Below, piece by piece: positions 20,781-30,072 of a stretch of 64,000 nt of DNA. Made by a program: the position numbers and the translations under genes. The DNA lies in sequence record DRR723986_1348, one strand, 5' to 3'. Position 1 is the stretch's first letter, and every line of letters starts with the position of its first letter. Below the pieces are notes generated by a model that had not been told where the DNA came from, made no database searches, and worked only from the letters and a program-made list of their open reading frames with translations.

Positions 20781-21532
20781 TCGCAGCGCGTATAACTTAG
20801 GCAGCGCTCTCCCAGCCACTGCCAATACACCGTAAATATACAGCCCCTTGGCAAGGCCAAACCCAGCGCGGAGCGCGGCTTGAACTGGAGCGTGCGCCGC
20901 TCCGGATCGACTGCGATAACACGCACTTCGGAAAAGTCGATGTAGCGCTGCAAGCGAGGGAACAGCGCTTTGTACAAGCTCTCTTTGGCAGAAAACAGCA
21001 GCGTTAACGCGCGATCGCGAGGCAACATAGAGAGCCGCTGCCATTCCTTGTCATCACCCACCAAGCGCCACAATTCGTCAATAGCATTGCTGGCGACTAA
21101 TGGCTCAATATCGATCCCCAAATGCCCTCCACGTCCGACCACGCACAGCGCGCTATCGTCGCAGTGGCTGATGGAGCCGGTAATCCCCTGCGGCCATATG
21201 ACCTCGCCGGTATCTCGCCTTGCCGGGCTGTGATTCTCTACGTTTTCTATACCCAGCGCATAACAAGCAGCATAACGACCGGCAAGGAATTGCGCCTGGC
21301 GCGCGGCGGACACCCGCGCCAAAGAGGCTGGCAAAGCAATGCCCCAAGACGCCAACAGGTCTGGGGTATAACGGTTTTGTTTAAAACGACAATGCACCGC
21401 GTTAACTGCCAATTCGGGCATTGGCAGCAACGAAACCTGCTCGATAAATCCACCTGCGGGCAGGGGTGATGACAAGCTCAGCGTGTCCGCGCCACTATTG
21501 CGCAAGGCTGGGCTCGGCAAGGTCGCGATCAA
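20777..21532 (-). CDS. 4'-phosphopantetheinyl transferase (EntD type)
   Basis: FLAGR, WPQGITGSISH, LGIDIE and FSAKESLYKA motifs; start approximate (TTG overlapping the glycosyltransferase end). Confidence 0.92.
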   Translation of the reverse strand: MIATLPSPALRNSGADTLSLSSPLPAGGFIEQVSLLPMPELAVNAVHCRFKQNRYTPDLLASWGIALPASLARVSAARQAQFLAGRYAACYALGIENVENHSPARRDTGEVIWPQGITGSISHCDDSALCVVGRGGHLGIDIEPLVASNAIDELWRLVGDDKEWQRLSMLPRDRALTLLFSAKESLYKALFPRLQRYIDFSEVRVIAVDPERRTLQFKPRSALGLALPRGCIFTVYWQWLGERCLSYTRCD

Positions 21533-22808
21533 CGGCGGGGCTTAGCTCACTGACGGGGGTCAGGTAGCCCCATTTGGACAACTGCGCGATGGCCGCCGCC
21601 ACGCCATCTTCGGCGCGAATTTGCGCGCCCACCGTGGCTGCGCGCTGACGCAGCGCCGCGTCGGTTGCCGACTCAATGGCCTGCTCAACATCCGCGACAT
21701 TCAAACTCTTGCGATCCAGTGAACGGGTGGCTACCCCAAGTTGCTGCAAGCGCCACGACCAAAATGGCTGGTCGCCAAAAAACGGCATAATTATCGACGG
21801 AATCCCCGCCCTTGCCGCTGCCGCCGTCGTACCCGCCCCGCCGTGGTGAATGGCCGCCGCCACTCGCGGAAACAGCCAGTCGTGCGGCGCCGATGTCAGG
21901 CAGTACACATTGTCGTCGTCGACATCTGCCAAGCCTCCCCAACCGGTGGCAAAAATGGCGCGGCGGCCACTATTTCGCAGCGCCTGTAAAAACACCTCAC
22001 TGAGCGCCGCACTGTCATCACCGAGCATACTGCCAAAGCCGACATAAATGGGTTTGTCCCCGGCGGCTAAAAAGGCTTCCAGTGATTCCGGCGCCTGCCA
22101 CGTCTGAGCTTCGTCGAGAAACCAATTACCCGCTACCCGCACCGACTCCGGCCAATAACGCGATGGCGGAATAATGCTCGGGCTAAACCCATACAACACA
22201 TGGTGAGTCCGACGCCGCCGGTAAAACGGCCCGTACCAGGGTAGTGGCGCCAAGTTGAGTTTTTGACGAACCTGACGGTAGGCCGGGCTGAGCATCTGCC
22301 AGGTCAGCACGCGACAGGCGTGATACAAGCCTTGGTTTACCATACCGGGACGCGGGCGGCGCGGCGGTGGCAACATCATCGGCGGAATATCAGGACACGG
22401 TGTCACCGGTTGCAAGTGGGTCTCGACCACCGGAATGTCATAGCGCTCGCCAATGGCGGCGGCCAGCGAGGCCACCATGCCACAGCCCAACAATAAGTCA
22501 GCCCCATTCGCCGCCTGCGTGGCCTGTGTGACCCAGTCTGCAGACATTGCCAACAACTCCCGCCGCGCGGTGCGCAAAAGCGCAACGGGGTTCAGGCCGC
22601 GCTGAAGTACTTCCGGGTCCTTGGCCATCAACTCCAAAAAGTCGGCGGTCAGCGGCGCGTAATCGAGGCCATGACGACGCACCAACTGTTCACAGCTGTC
22701 GCCTGTGACAATGCATACTTGATGCCCCTGCGCCTGCAAACCCAAGCCTAGCGCGACAAAAGGGCGGACATCTCCCTGGGTGCCGATGGAGAAGATCGCG
22801 ATTTTCAT
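21495..22808 (-). CDS. Family 1 (sterol/lipid-type) glycosyltransferase
   Basis: GTQGDVRP, YVGFGSM, APHDWLFP, HHGGAGTT and PFFGDQPFW motifs; ATG 22808 is 5 bp after the NRPS stop. Confidence 0.93.
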   Translation of the reverse strand: MKIAIFSIGTQGDVRPFVALGLGLQAQGHQVCIVTGDSCEQLVRRHGLDYAPLTADFLELMAKDPEVLQRGLNPVALLRTARRELLAMSADWVTQATQAANGADLLLGCGMVASLAAAIGERYDIPVVETHLQPVTPCPDIPPMMLPPPRRPRPGMVNQGLYHACRVLTWQMLSPAYRQVRQKLNLAPLPWYGPFYRRRRTHHVLYGFSPSIIPPSRYWPESVRVAGNWFLDEAQTWQAPESLEAFLAAGDKPIYVGFGSMLGDDSAALSEVFLQALRNSGRRAIFATGWGGLADVDDDNVYCLTSAPHDWLFPRVAAAIHHGGAGTTAAAARAGIPSIIMPFFGDQPFWSWRLQQLGVATRSLDRKSLNVADVEQAIESATDAALRQRAATVGAQIRAEDGVAAAIAQLSKWGYLTPVSELSPAVDRDLAEPSLAQ

Positions 22809-22813
22809 GCTTA

Positions 22814-25800
22814 TCAACCTGCCAGCGCGCGCGCAACGAAGGGTCCGATTACTGCCAGCGGTTCCGCGTCCAGCATTTGCTGGTGATGGCATTCCACCGG
22901 ATAAATATTGAGACCCGCGACGGCGTCCTGCCAGGCATCGGGGCGGTGGTGCAGCTCCTGTGACGTGGCCGTTTGCACCGCTTGGAAAAAGTGCAACTCC
23001 ACATCTACCGGCCGCGGCTGGAAGTTCTGCAGCAGCTGCAGGTTATTGCTAATCACCGCACTGACATCGTCAATTAAGGCGCTTTGTTTACCCTGCAACT
23101 GTTTGACAAATTCCAGGTTAAGCACGTCGTATTCCCGGCACAGGAGTTCACTCAGCTCCTCCATGGTATCGGGCAGCTCGCCCTCCACGGCGATGTCGAG
23201 AAATTCCAAGATGCTGCGCACCTGACCGGCCTTGTCGTCACGCTGCTGCGACACGAAGGGGTAGGAATCCAAAGCGCCAAGGAAGCTCACTGACTCGTCC
23301 AGCTCACGCAACTGACGCGCCATTTCCTGAGCGATAACGCCGCCCATCGACCAGCCCAATATACGGTAGGGGCCCTGTGGCTGGCGGTCCCGCATCAATG
23401 CAATATAGTCTGCGGCAATTTCCTCGATGCTCGCAGGAAGCTCCTGCCCGCCAGAGAGGCCACGCGACTGAATGCCAAACAAGGCCGTTCCGTCAGGCAG
23501 GTATTGATTTAGCCCCGCAAAGCCCCAGCTCAGGCCGAGTACTGGGTGAATACAAAATAGCGCGTCACCCTCGCAACGCGCGGCTAAAGGATTGAGGGCT
23601 TGCACGCCTGCCAGGGGATCTATTTGATCACCGCGCTCCAGCTGCTCCGCCAATTCAGCGATCGTCGTCGCCTCAAAGATGGCCGCCAGGGGTACGTCTT
23701 TACCCACGACATCACGCAGACGCGATACCATGCGCGCCGCGGTAATCGAGTCAGCGCCGAGGTCGAAAAAGCTATCGTGGATACCGATACGCGGTAGCTT
23801 GAAGATCTCACACCACAGCTCTGCCAGCTGCGTTTCCAACGCGTTACGCGGCGCCGTGTATTCGCTAACAAGTTGCCACTGAGGCTCCGGCAAGGCTTTG
23901 CGGTCCAGCTTGCCATTCACATTTAGCGGAAAATCATCCAGCACCTGATAGTGAGAGGGCAGCATGTATTCCGGGAGACTGCGCTCGATCTGCTGGCGCA
24001 GTGTGGCGGCCTCTAACGCGGTGTGCTGGGCATCGAAGCCCTCCTCACTGAGCAGGAACGCCACCAGCTTTGGTACGCCAGCGGGGTCGTTACGCAACAC
24101 CACTGCCGCACGACGCACACCCTGACAGCGGATCAACTGCGATTCAATTTCTTCAGTCTCTACACGAAAGCCGCGAATTTTAATCTGGAAGTCGTTGCGC
24201 CCCAGGTATTCCAGTGCACCGTCGTCACGCCAGCGCGCAAGGTCACCGGTTTTATACAACAAGCCCTCACCGTGGGGATTGGCAATAAAACGTTCGGCGG
24301 TTAAGTCGGGACGTTTGTGGTACCCCAGCGCGAGGCCCTCGCCGCCTATATACAATTCCCCGGCAGCGCCATTTGGCAACAACTGAAGATCGTCGCCCAG
24401 CACATAGACCTGCGTATTCCAGATTGGACGGCCAATGGCCGGCGTGCCGCCCTCCAGCTTGTCCAGGGTCATCATCGTGGACCAAATCGTTGTCTCTGTC
24501 GGGCCGTATAAGTTGATAATCGGCGCTCCGAGCTTACGCAGTTTGCGCGCCAGCTCCATCGGCAGCGCCTCACCGCCCACCAGCGGTTGAACACCCGTAA
24601 AGGCCTCTGCATTATCTTCAAGCAGCGCCTGCCAGTGCGAAGGCGTCGCTTGAATATGCGTGATCGCCTGCTCGTTCACCAGCGCGGCCAGCGCCGCGGG
24701 GTCTCTGGCGATGTCGCGGGTAGCGACATGGACTTGAGCACCGGCAAGCAGTGGCAAAAACATCTCTAGCACAGCAATATCAAACGACACGGTCGTTAGC
24801 GCCAACATCCGCTGCTCGGGCTGAAGTGCCAAGGCATCCTGCATGGCCAGCAAAAAATTCATCAAGCTGCGATGGCCAATCACCACGCCCTTGGGGCGCC
24901 CCGTCGAACCGGAGGTGTAAATGATGTACGCCGGGCTGTTCGCGCCAATATCAGCAAGGGGCACATCGTCGCCGGAAAAGGCGTTTAAGTTGAGCTCTTC
25001 CCACAGCAGCGTTTGTATTTCACAGTCAGGCAACTTTTCGGCGGTCTCAACGCTGCTGAGCAGCAAGCTGGGCTTTGCGTCGTCCAATATCATGGCCAGG
25101 CGCTCAGCGGGGGTTTCCGGGTCCAGCGGTAAATACGCCGCACCGCATTTCATAATCGCCAACAGCGTCATCGGCATTGCCGCGGTGCGCGGCAGGGACA
25201 CGGCCACCAACTTGCCCGGCCCTACGCCCAATACATTCAATGCCCGCGCCAATTGATTGACCTGTTGCCCGAACGCTGAATAACTCAGCGTTTGCCCGGC
25301 ATCGGATACCGCGGCGTGGCTTGGGAAAGCGGCGACACTTTTGTCAAACAACGCTGGCAAGTGGCTTTCCGGCAACGGCTGCTTGGTATCGTTCCAGGCC
25401 TGCAGCTGCAGGTGCCGCTCCTGCTCGGAGAGCAGGTCAAAGTCACCGATCGCGCCCTCAGGGGCGGCAATCATCGCTTCGATTAATCGCGCCAATCGAT
25501 CGCGGTGCTCATCGAGCTCTCGCTGACTGTAGAGCGCGGGGTTAGCGTCAATCACCACATTCATGCCCTGCTTCGCGCCGCGATCAAACACAAACACTGT
25601 CATGTCTTCTACGGTGCCATTCGACAGGTTGTGTGCACTGCACTCGTGGCCACCGAAGCCCAGGTCGTAATCAAAGGGTTCAATATTTACCCCCATCCAG
25701 GAGATCTGCTGCCCCTGTGCAAGCAGGCCGAGATCACGCCGCAACTCCTCATAGCGATACTGTTGGTGGCGAAGCGCATTCCTTACGGTTTTCGCTGTTT

Positions 25801-26869
25801 GCCCAAGCAGGTCGACGAGGCTGGCATCGTCGGCCATCGCCAGGCGAATCGCCACGGCGTTAGCCATCATTGCCGGAATGCTGCGCAGCGTGCGGTTTGC
25901 TCGTGCCGTAACCGGCATACCGAAGACCAAGTCCTGCTGCCCCGTCATGCGGTAGGTGTAAACCGCGAGCATGGCAATTAATAACTGCGGTACTGAGCCG
26001 CCATATTGCTGGGCGATGTCGCGAATTTTCGCAGAGTGCTCTAGCGACAGGGTAATACCACTGCGCCGCAGGCCACCACTGCGCTGGGCATTGCGACGCG
26101 ACAGCGAAATTGCATCGGGCAGGCCACTCAGTTGTTGCTTCCAGTAGTCTCGGTCACGCTCAAAACGTGCAGATTCGCGATAGAGCTTTTCCTGCTCCAA
26201 CTGGGTTACCAAGGGTAAAAATGGCGACTCACCTGGCTCCTCGCCACTGAGCAGCGCATTATAAATTTCCGCCATTCGGCGCGCGATCAGACCGCCACCA
26301 AAACCGTCAATGGTGATGTGGTGGCAGCGGTGGTACCAAAAAAACCGTTCATCCTCGACCTTGATTAGCGCGCTGAACCACAGTGCATCGTCTGCGAGGT
26401 CTGCGGGGCGGCGCAACTCATCGTTCATCCACCGCAATGCACGCTGCTCGGCGTCGGCATGGCTACTGAAGTCGACAACCGGCAACTCTCCCATATAGGC
26501 CTCTGCCACCAATTGGCGAGGTCCATCGGCGGTTTCAATAATCTGTACTCGCGTTGACTCCGCCTCTTGGGTCAAGATGGAAGTCGCCCGGAGAAATACC
26601 GCGGCATCAATATGGCCGCGGATATCGACATACTCGGCAAGTTTATATACCGCATCGGCGGGGCCAATCTTCTCGCCCATCCACATACCGCGCTGCGCCG
26701 TTGCAATTGGCAACAGTTGGGGAACCTGTGCCAGAGGCCTGACGGGTGAGGCTGGCAACTCAAGTGCGCCGCCTGTGGCAACTTTACCCCGGCTTATATG
26801 CAGCTCGGCTTCAAGGTCCTTTCTCAGGTACGGGTCTCGCGAATTTTGCGAGCGGGGTAACTTTTCCAT
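22814..26869 (-). CDS. Single-module NRPS C-A-T-TE, predicted glycine-activating
   Basis: C: HHITIDG; A: YTSGSTGRPKG, YGPTE, YKTGDL, NGKLDR; T: LGADS; TE: GWSMG; manually read A-domain code DILQLGLIWK; start 26869 or 26899. Confidence 0.95.
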   Translation of the reverse strand: MEKLPRSQNSRDPYLRKDLEAELHISRGKVATGGALELPASPVRPLAQVPQLLPIATAQRGMWMGEKIGPADAVYKLAEYVDIRGHIDAAVFLRATSILTQEAESTRVQIIETADGPRQLVAEAYMGELPVVDFSSHADAEQRALRWMNDELRRPADLADDALWFSALIKVEDERFFWYHRCHHITIDGFGGGLIARRMAEIYNALLSGEEPGESPFLPLVTQLEQEKLYRESARFERDRDYWKQQLSGLPDAISLSRRNAQRSGGLRRSGITLSLEHSAKIRDIAQQYGGSVPQLLIAMLAVYTYRMTGQQDLVFGMPVTARANRTLRSIPAMMANAVAIRLAMADDASLVDLLGQTAKTVRNALRHQQYRYEELRRDLGLLAQGQQISWMGVNIEPFDYDLGFGGHECSAHNLSNGTVEDMTVFVFDRGAKQGMNVVIDANPALYSQRELDEHRDRLARLIEAMIAAPEGAIGDFDLLSEQERHLQLQAWNDTKQPLPESHLPALFDKSVAAFPSHAAVSDAGQTLSYSAFGQQVNQLARALNVLGVGPGKLVAVSLPRTAAMPMTLLAIMKCGAAYLPLDPETPAERLAMILDDAKPSLLLSSVETAEKLPDCEIQTLLWEELNLNAFSGDDVPLADIGANSPAYIIYTSGSTGRPKGVVIGHRSLMNFLLAMQDALALQPEQRMLALTTVSFDIAVLEMFLPLLAGAQVHVATRDIARDPAALAALVNEQAITHIQATPSHWQALLEDNAEAFTGVQPLVGGEALPMELARKLRKLGAPIINLYGPTETTIWSTMMTLDKLEGGTPAIGRPIWNTQVYVLGDDLQLLPNGAAGELYIGGEGLALGYHKRPDLTAERFIANPHGEGLLYKTGDLARWRDDGALEYLGRNDFQIKIRGFRVETEEIESQLIRCQGVRRAAVVLRNDPAGVPKLVAFLLSEEGFDAQHTALEAATLRQQIERSLPEYMLPSHYQVLDDFPLNVNGKLDRKALPEPQWQLVSEYTAPRNALETQLAELWCEIFKLPRIGIHDSFFDLGADSITAARMVSRLRDVVGKDVPLAAIFEATTIAELAEQLERGDQIDPLAGVQALNPLAARCEGDALFCIHPVLGLSWGFAGLNQYLPDGTALFGIQSRGLSGGQELPASIEEIAADYIALMRDRQPQGPYRILGWSMGGVIAQEMARQLRELDESVSFLGALDSYPFVSQQRDDKAGQVRSILEFLDIAVEGELPDTMEELSELLCREYDVLNLEFVKQLQGKQSALIDDVSAVISNNLQLLQNFQPRPVDVELHFFQAVQTATSQELHHRPDAWQDAVAGLNIYPVECHHQQMLDAEPLAVIGPFVARALAG

Positions 26870-27041
26870 CTTCTTCGTCTCTCTGGCTAGGTATCGCACT
26901 AAACAGGAAACCTACCGACGAATCGGAAGCAGCCCCTGCTTAATTTTTTCATTTTTATTTCGGCTGTTAAGCAGCCGCATTTTTATATGTGTAAATCGCT
27001 AAGACACACAGAGATGATAAGGACATCACTAAACGACCAGC

Positions 27042-27055
27042 GTGACTTAAGTCAC
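27042..27055. promoter_or_regulatory. Perfect 14-bp palindrome upstream of the NRPS
   Basis: GTGACTTAAGTCAC within an AT-rich intergenic region of about 440-470 bp. Confidence 0.5.
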
Positions 27056-27293
27056 ACCTAAGAACATGCGGATAAGAATTTTTACTTATATTTCAATACC
27101 TTGCAGCACACTGAGACACGAGTGTGACATAGTCAATTAGCACCTAATGTGTCATAGTGTTTTTTTGAGCAATAAAACACTTGCCATACAGTCGCTTACA
27201 AATAGCTATAGGGGTTTATGCGTATATGAGTAAATAACGCCCTGCCGATGGCGCATATTTTTTGTCAATGAGGGGAAATATCTGCGGGAGAAT

Positions 27294-27313
27294 AAGGCCT
27301 GTTTCCAGGCCTT
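27294..27313 (-). terminator. Probable terminator after the sulfotransferase
   Basis: AAGGCCTG-GAAA-CAGGCCTT stem with GNRA loop on the minus strand; weak U-tail. Confidence 0.55.
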
Positions 27314-27338
27314 GAGGGAATGACGGGGGCACCCCTTA

Positions 27339-28334
27339 TCAAGCGGCGCCCAGTTCTCGCTCCACTAACCTATCCAGATGCTCGGCGTAATCGCGCAAAA
27401 CCGGATTAACGGGCCGCCCGGCAGTGACCGCTCGCATACTTTCAGCGCTGGCGCTGCGCGACACGGCCAGTAACGGCGCTAGACTCGCCATCACGGCGTC
27501 GGGGCTCTCTCGCAACGCGGAATAATCCACCTCGACCGTCTGGTCGCTCGGCATTGCCGCCAACTCGCGACGGTAGGCCGCCACTTGCTTGGCCACCGTT
27601 CGCGCCAGCAGCGGCCTTGCCAGGCGGGCAATGGCACGGCGGCCAATCAGCTTGCGTAGTCCCCGCAGTCCGAGCCATACGATATAACCGGCGCGATAAC
27701 TACGGCGCCCGTCACCACGGTCCAACAGCATTTCAAGATAGTGTTGAGGCCCCTCTAAATAGGAAAGCAGCGCGTTTAGCATGCTATTGAGCACCGCGAT
27801 AGGCTCACGGCTGATGTAAATAAACCTCGCCTCGGGGAATCGCTCCGCCATCCAGCGCGCATTGCCGGTGTCCCAGGGGTTCTTAAGCAAGACCGCCTCA
27901 CTACCGGCATGCACGGTCAACAGCTTTCGGCACATTTCCTCAAAAAACGCGGCGCTGTGCTCGTTGAGCTTAAAACTGCCGAAGCGGCGTCTGAGCAGGT
28001 AGCCGTACTCTTCAACTTCCTCGGCGGAAACGGGCACCGAGTCGATATTGCGGTCTTTAATCCCCAGCGCGGCGAAGCAGGCATTCAAGCGCTGTGCATC
28101 TTGTTTCGCACCGCCCTGCTGATGGTTGCGAAGCAGACGGTCATAGTAAAAAAAATCGTAAAGGGTTAACTGTGCCAGAGGAAAGGCCCTGGCCACACTG
28201 TCGTAGAGAAAGGTAGTGCCGGAACGGTGCAAGCCCATAATAAAAATGGGCTTCACCTTTTGCTCAGCAAGATCAGCTTTCAGTGGTGCATCTTCATCGC
28301 GTACTGGGAAATGGGGGTCAACGGGATAACGCAT
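27339..28334 (-). CDS. PAPS-dependent sulfotransferase family protein
   Basis: 5'-PSB loop IFIMGLHRSGTT, LLKNP, and 3'-PB motif FIYISREP...NS. Confidence 0.85.
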   Translation of the reverse strand: MRYPVDPHFPVRDEDAPLKADLAEQKVKPIFIMGLHRSGTTFLYDSVARAFPLAQLTLYDFFYYDRLLRNHQQGGAKQDAQRLNACFAALGIKDRNIDSVPVSAEEVEEYGYLLRRRFGSFKLNEHSAAFFEEMCRKLLTVHAGSEAVLLKNPWDTGNARWMAERFPEARFIYISREPIAVLNSMLNALLSYLEGPQHYLEMLLDRGDGRRSYRAGYIVWLGLRGLRKLIGRRAIARLARPLLARTVAKQVAAYRRELAAMPSDQTVEVDYSALRESPDAVMASLAPLLAVSRSASAESMRAVTAGRPVNPVLRDYAEHLDRLVERELGAA

Positions 28335-28444
28335 GTGGAGTCTCTCGGGCTATTAAACAGCGCTGTTTCACGCTTTGGGCGGCAATGTATAAGAATAGCG
28401 GTAAGAAAATCCAAGAACGGATAGACGTTTTTGGGCGCCAACAA

Positions 28445-28470
28445 CAAAAAGCGGGCTTTTTTTACCCGCT
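28445..28470 (-). terminator. Intrinsic terminator after the M20 gene
   Basis: AGCGGG/CCCGCT stem followed by a T-run on the minus strand. Confidence 0.65.
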
Positions 28471-28503
28471 ATAACACACAGCAATAGTGGCGAGAAGCAG
28501 CTC

Positions 28504-29967
28504 CTATAATTCAGCGCTGCGGCGAAGAAGGTGATAGTAAATACGCACCGCCTCAACATAACTGGCAATAGAGACGCGCTCATCGGTACCGTGAATACCC
28601 TTCATTTCTTTCGGGCCAACCTCTACCCCGATAAAACGATAACTGTTTTCCGACACCTCCTCGAAATGTCGGGCATCAGTCGCCGCCACCACTAATCGCG
28701 GTGCGACTAAGGTGCCTGGGCTCACTTGTCGGACGAGATCGGCAAGCACGTTGAAGCCTGCCGAGTCGGGCGAGGCCACCGCAGAGGGATTGTTCCCGAA
28801 GCCGCCGTAGGTCTCAATGCGAATGCGAGGATCATCAATGATCTCCGCCACCTTCTGCTGCACACCTTCAATCGTATCGCCCGGTAGAATGCGGAAGTTC
28901 ACCACGGCATAGGCAATAATCGGCAGAACATTGTCCCGCACACTGCCCTGCAACATGGTAACGGCCGTTGTTGTGCGCATCCCGGCGTTGATCGGCGCTT
29001 GACTGCTCAGTACTTTTTCCAGAAGCGGCTCAAACAACCAGTTATTCGCAAACAGCAAGCGTTGGTAAAAAGGTACGCTGTCACCCAAATAACGAATAAA
29101 GTCCACCGTATATTGCATATCAGCAGGTAGCGGATTGGCTTCAAGGCGCGCCACTGCCGCCGCAACAACGCCTGCCGCACTTTGCTGCGGCGGCATAGAG
29201 GAGTGGCCACCGCCACCGTCGGCACTGAGCTTCAAACTGACATAGCCCTTTTCCGCCGGGCCGATCAATGCGACGCGCTCCGCGACACCGGGTAGCATGT
29301 CCTTGGCGATCACCCCGCCTTCATCTAATAAGAAGGCCAGCGACTCGCCGCGCTCCGCCAACAGTGTCGCCATGGCCTGCGCGCCCTTACCGCCCACCTC
29401 TTCGTCGTGACCAAACCCTAAATAGACCGTGCGCGGCGGAACAAAACCCTCTTCAAGCAAACGCTCGGTGGCTTCTAAAATACCGATGACACTGGCTTTA
29501 TCATCGATTGCTCCCCGCCCCCAAATGTAACCATCGGCGATGGTTCCCGCGAAGGGAGGATAGCTCCACTGATCTTCAGTACCCGGTATCACGGGTACCA
29601 CGTCTTGGTGGGCGATCAGCATAATGGGCTTTAATGCTTCACTGCTGCCCGACCAGCGAAACAGCAAGGTACCGCCCGGCAGGCGCTGGTGAGGAATTTG
29701 TGCAAACACCCTGGGGAAGCGCTGTTTTAAATACGCCTGAAAGTCTTCAAATGCCTGCTGGTCTACGGCATCAGCATCGATATTCGAAATGGTGGGAAAA
29801 CGCAGCGCTCCGGCAAGCCCCGCCGCCAACTCCGCCTCTGACCAATCAACGTCAGCCAAGGTTTCGCTCGCCTCAAATTGAGGTGGCGCGAATTGCAGTG
29901 TGCGAATTACCAGTACCGCGGTCAGTAGCAGCACTGCACCAAGCAACATGCCAAATATACGCTTCAT
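28504..29967 (-). CDS. M20 metallo-amidohydrolase, carboxypeptidase S/PM20D1-like, with N-terminal membrane anchor
   Basis: AHQDVVP, GRGAIDDK, GHDEEVGG, LDEGG and IHGTDER motifs; ATG 29967 with GAGG SD. Confidence 0.88.
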   Translation of the reverse strand: MKRIFGMLLGAVLLLTAVLVIRTLQFAPPQFEASETLADVDWSEAELAAGLAGALRFPTISNIDADAVDQQAFEDFQAYLKQRFPRVFAQIPHQRLPGGTLLFRWSGSSEALKPIMLIAHQDVVPVIPGTEDQWSYPPFAGTIADGYIWGRGAIDDKASVIGILEATERLLEEGFVPPRTVYLGFGHDEEVGGKGAQAMATLLAERGESLAFLLDEGGVIAKDMLPGVAERVALIGPAEKGYVSLKLSADGGGGHSSMPPQQSAAGVVAAAVARLEANPLPADMQYTVDFIRYLGDSVPFYQRLLFANNWLFEPLLEKVLSSQAPINAGMRTTTAVTMLQGSVRDNVLPIIAYAVVNFRILPGDTIEGVQQKVAEIIDDPRIRIETYGGFGNNPSAVASPDSAGFNVLADLVRQVSPGTLVAPRLVVAATDARHFEEVSENSYRFIGVEVGPKEMKGIHGTDERVSIASYVEAVRIYYHLLRRSAEL

Positions 29968-30072
29968 AGTCCCTCGTCCATTTCTCGTGGCCGGCTGCCG
30001 GCCGCGTCCATCTTTATCAACGCGAGTGCCCGTAAATGGCCTAACCATCCACGAGCCTGGCGGCATTACGGT

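Noticed and set aside
20777-26899. Siderophore interpretation of the NRPS (EntD-like PPTase, DhbF-like Gly code)
   Set aside because: No aryl-acid or hydroxamate biosynthesis genes nearby, no clear Fur box upstream, and a lipid-type glycosyltransferase is coupled to it
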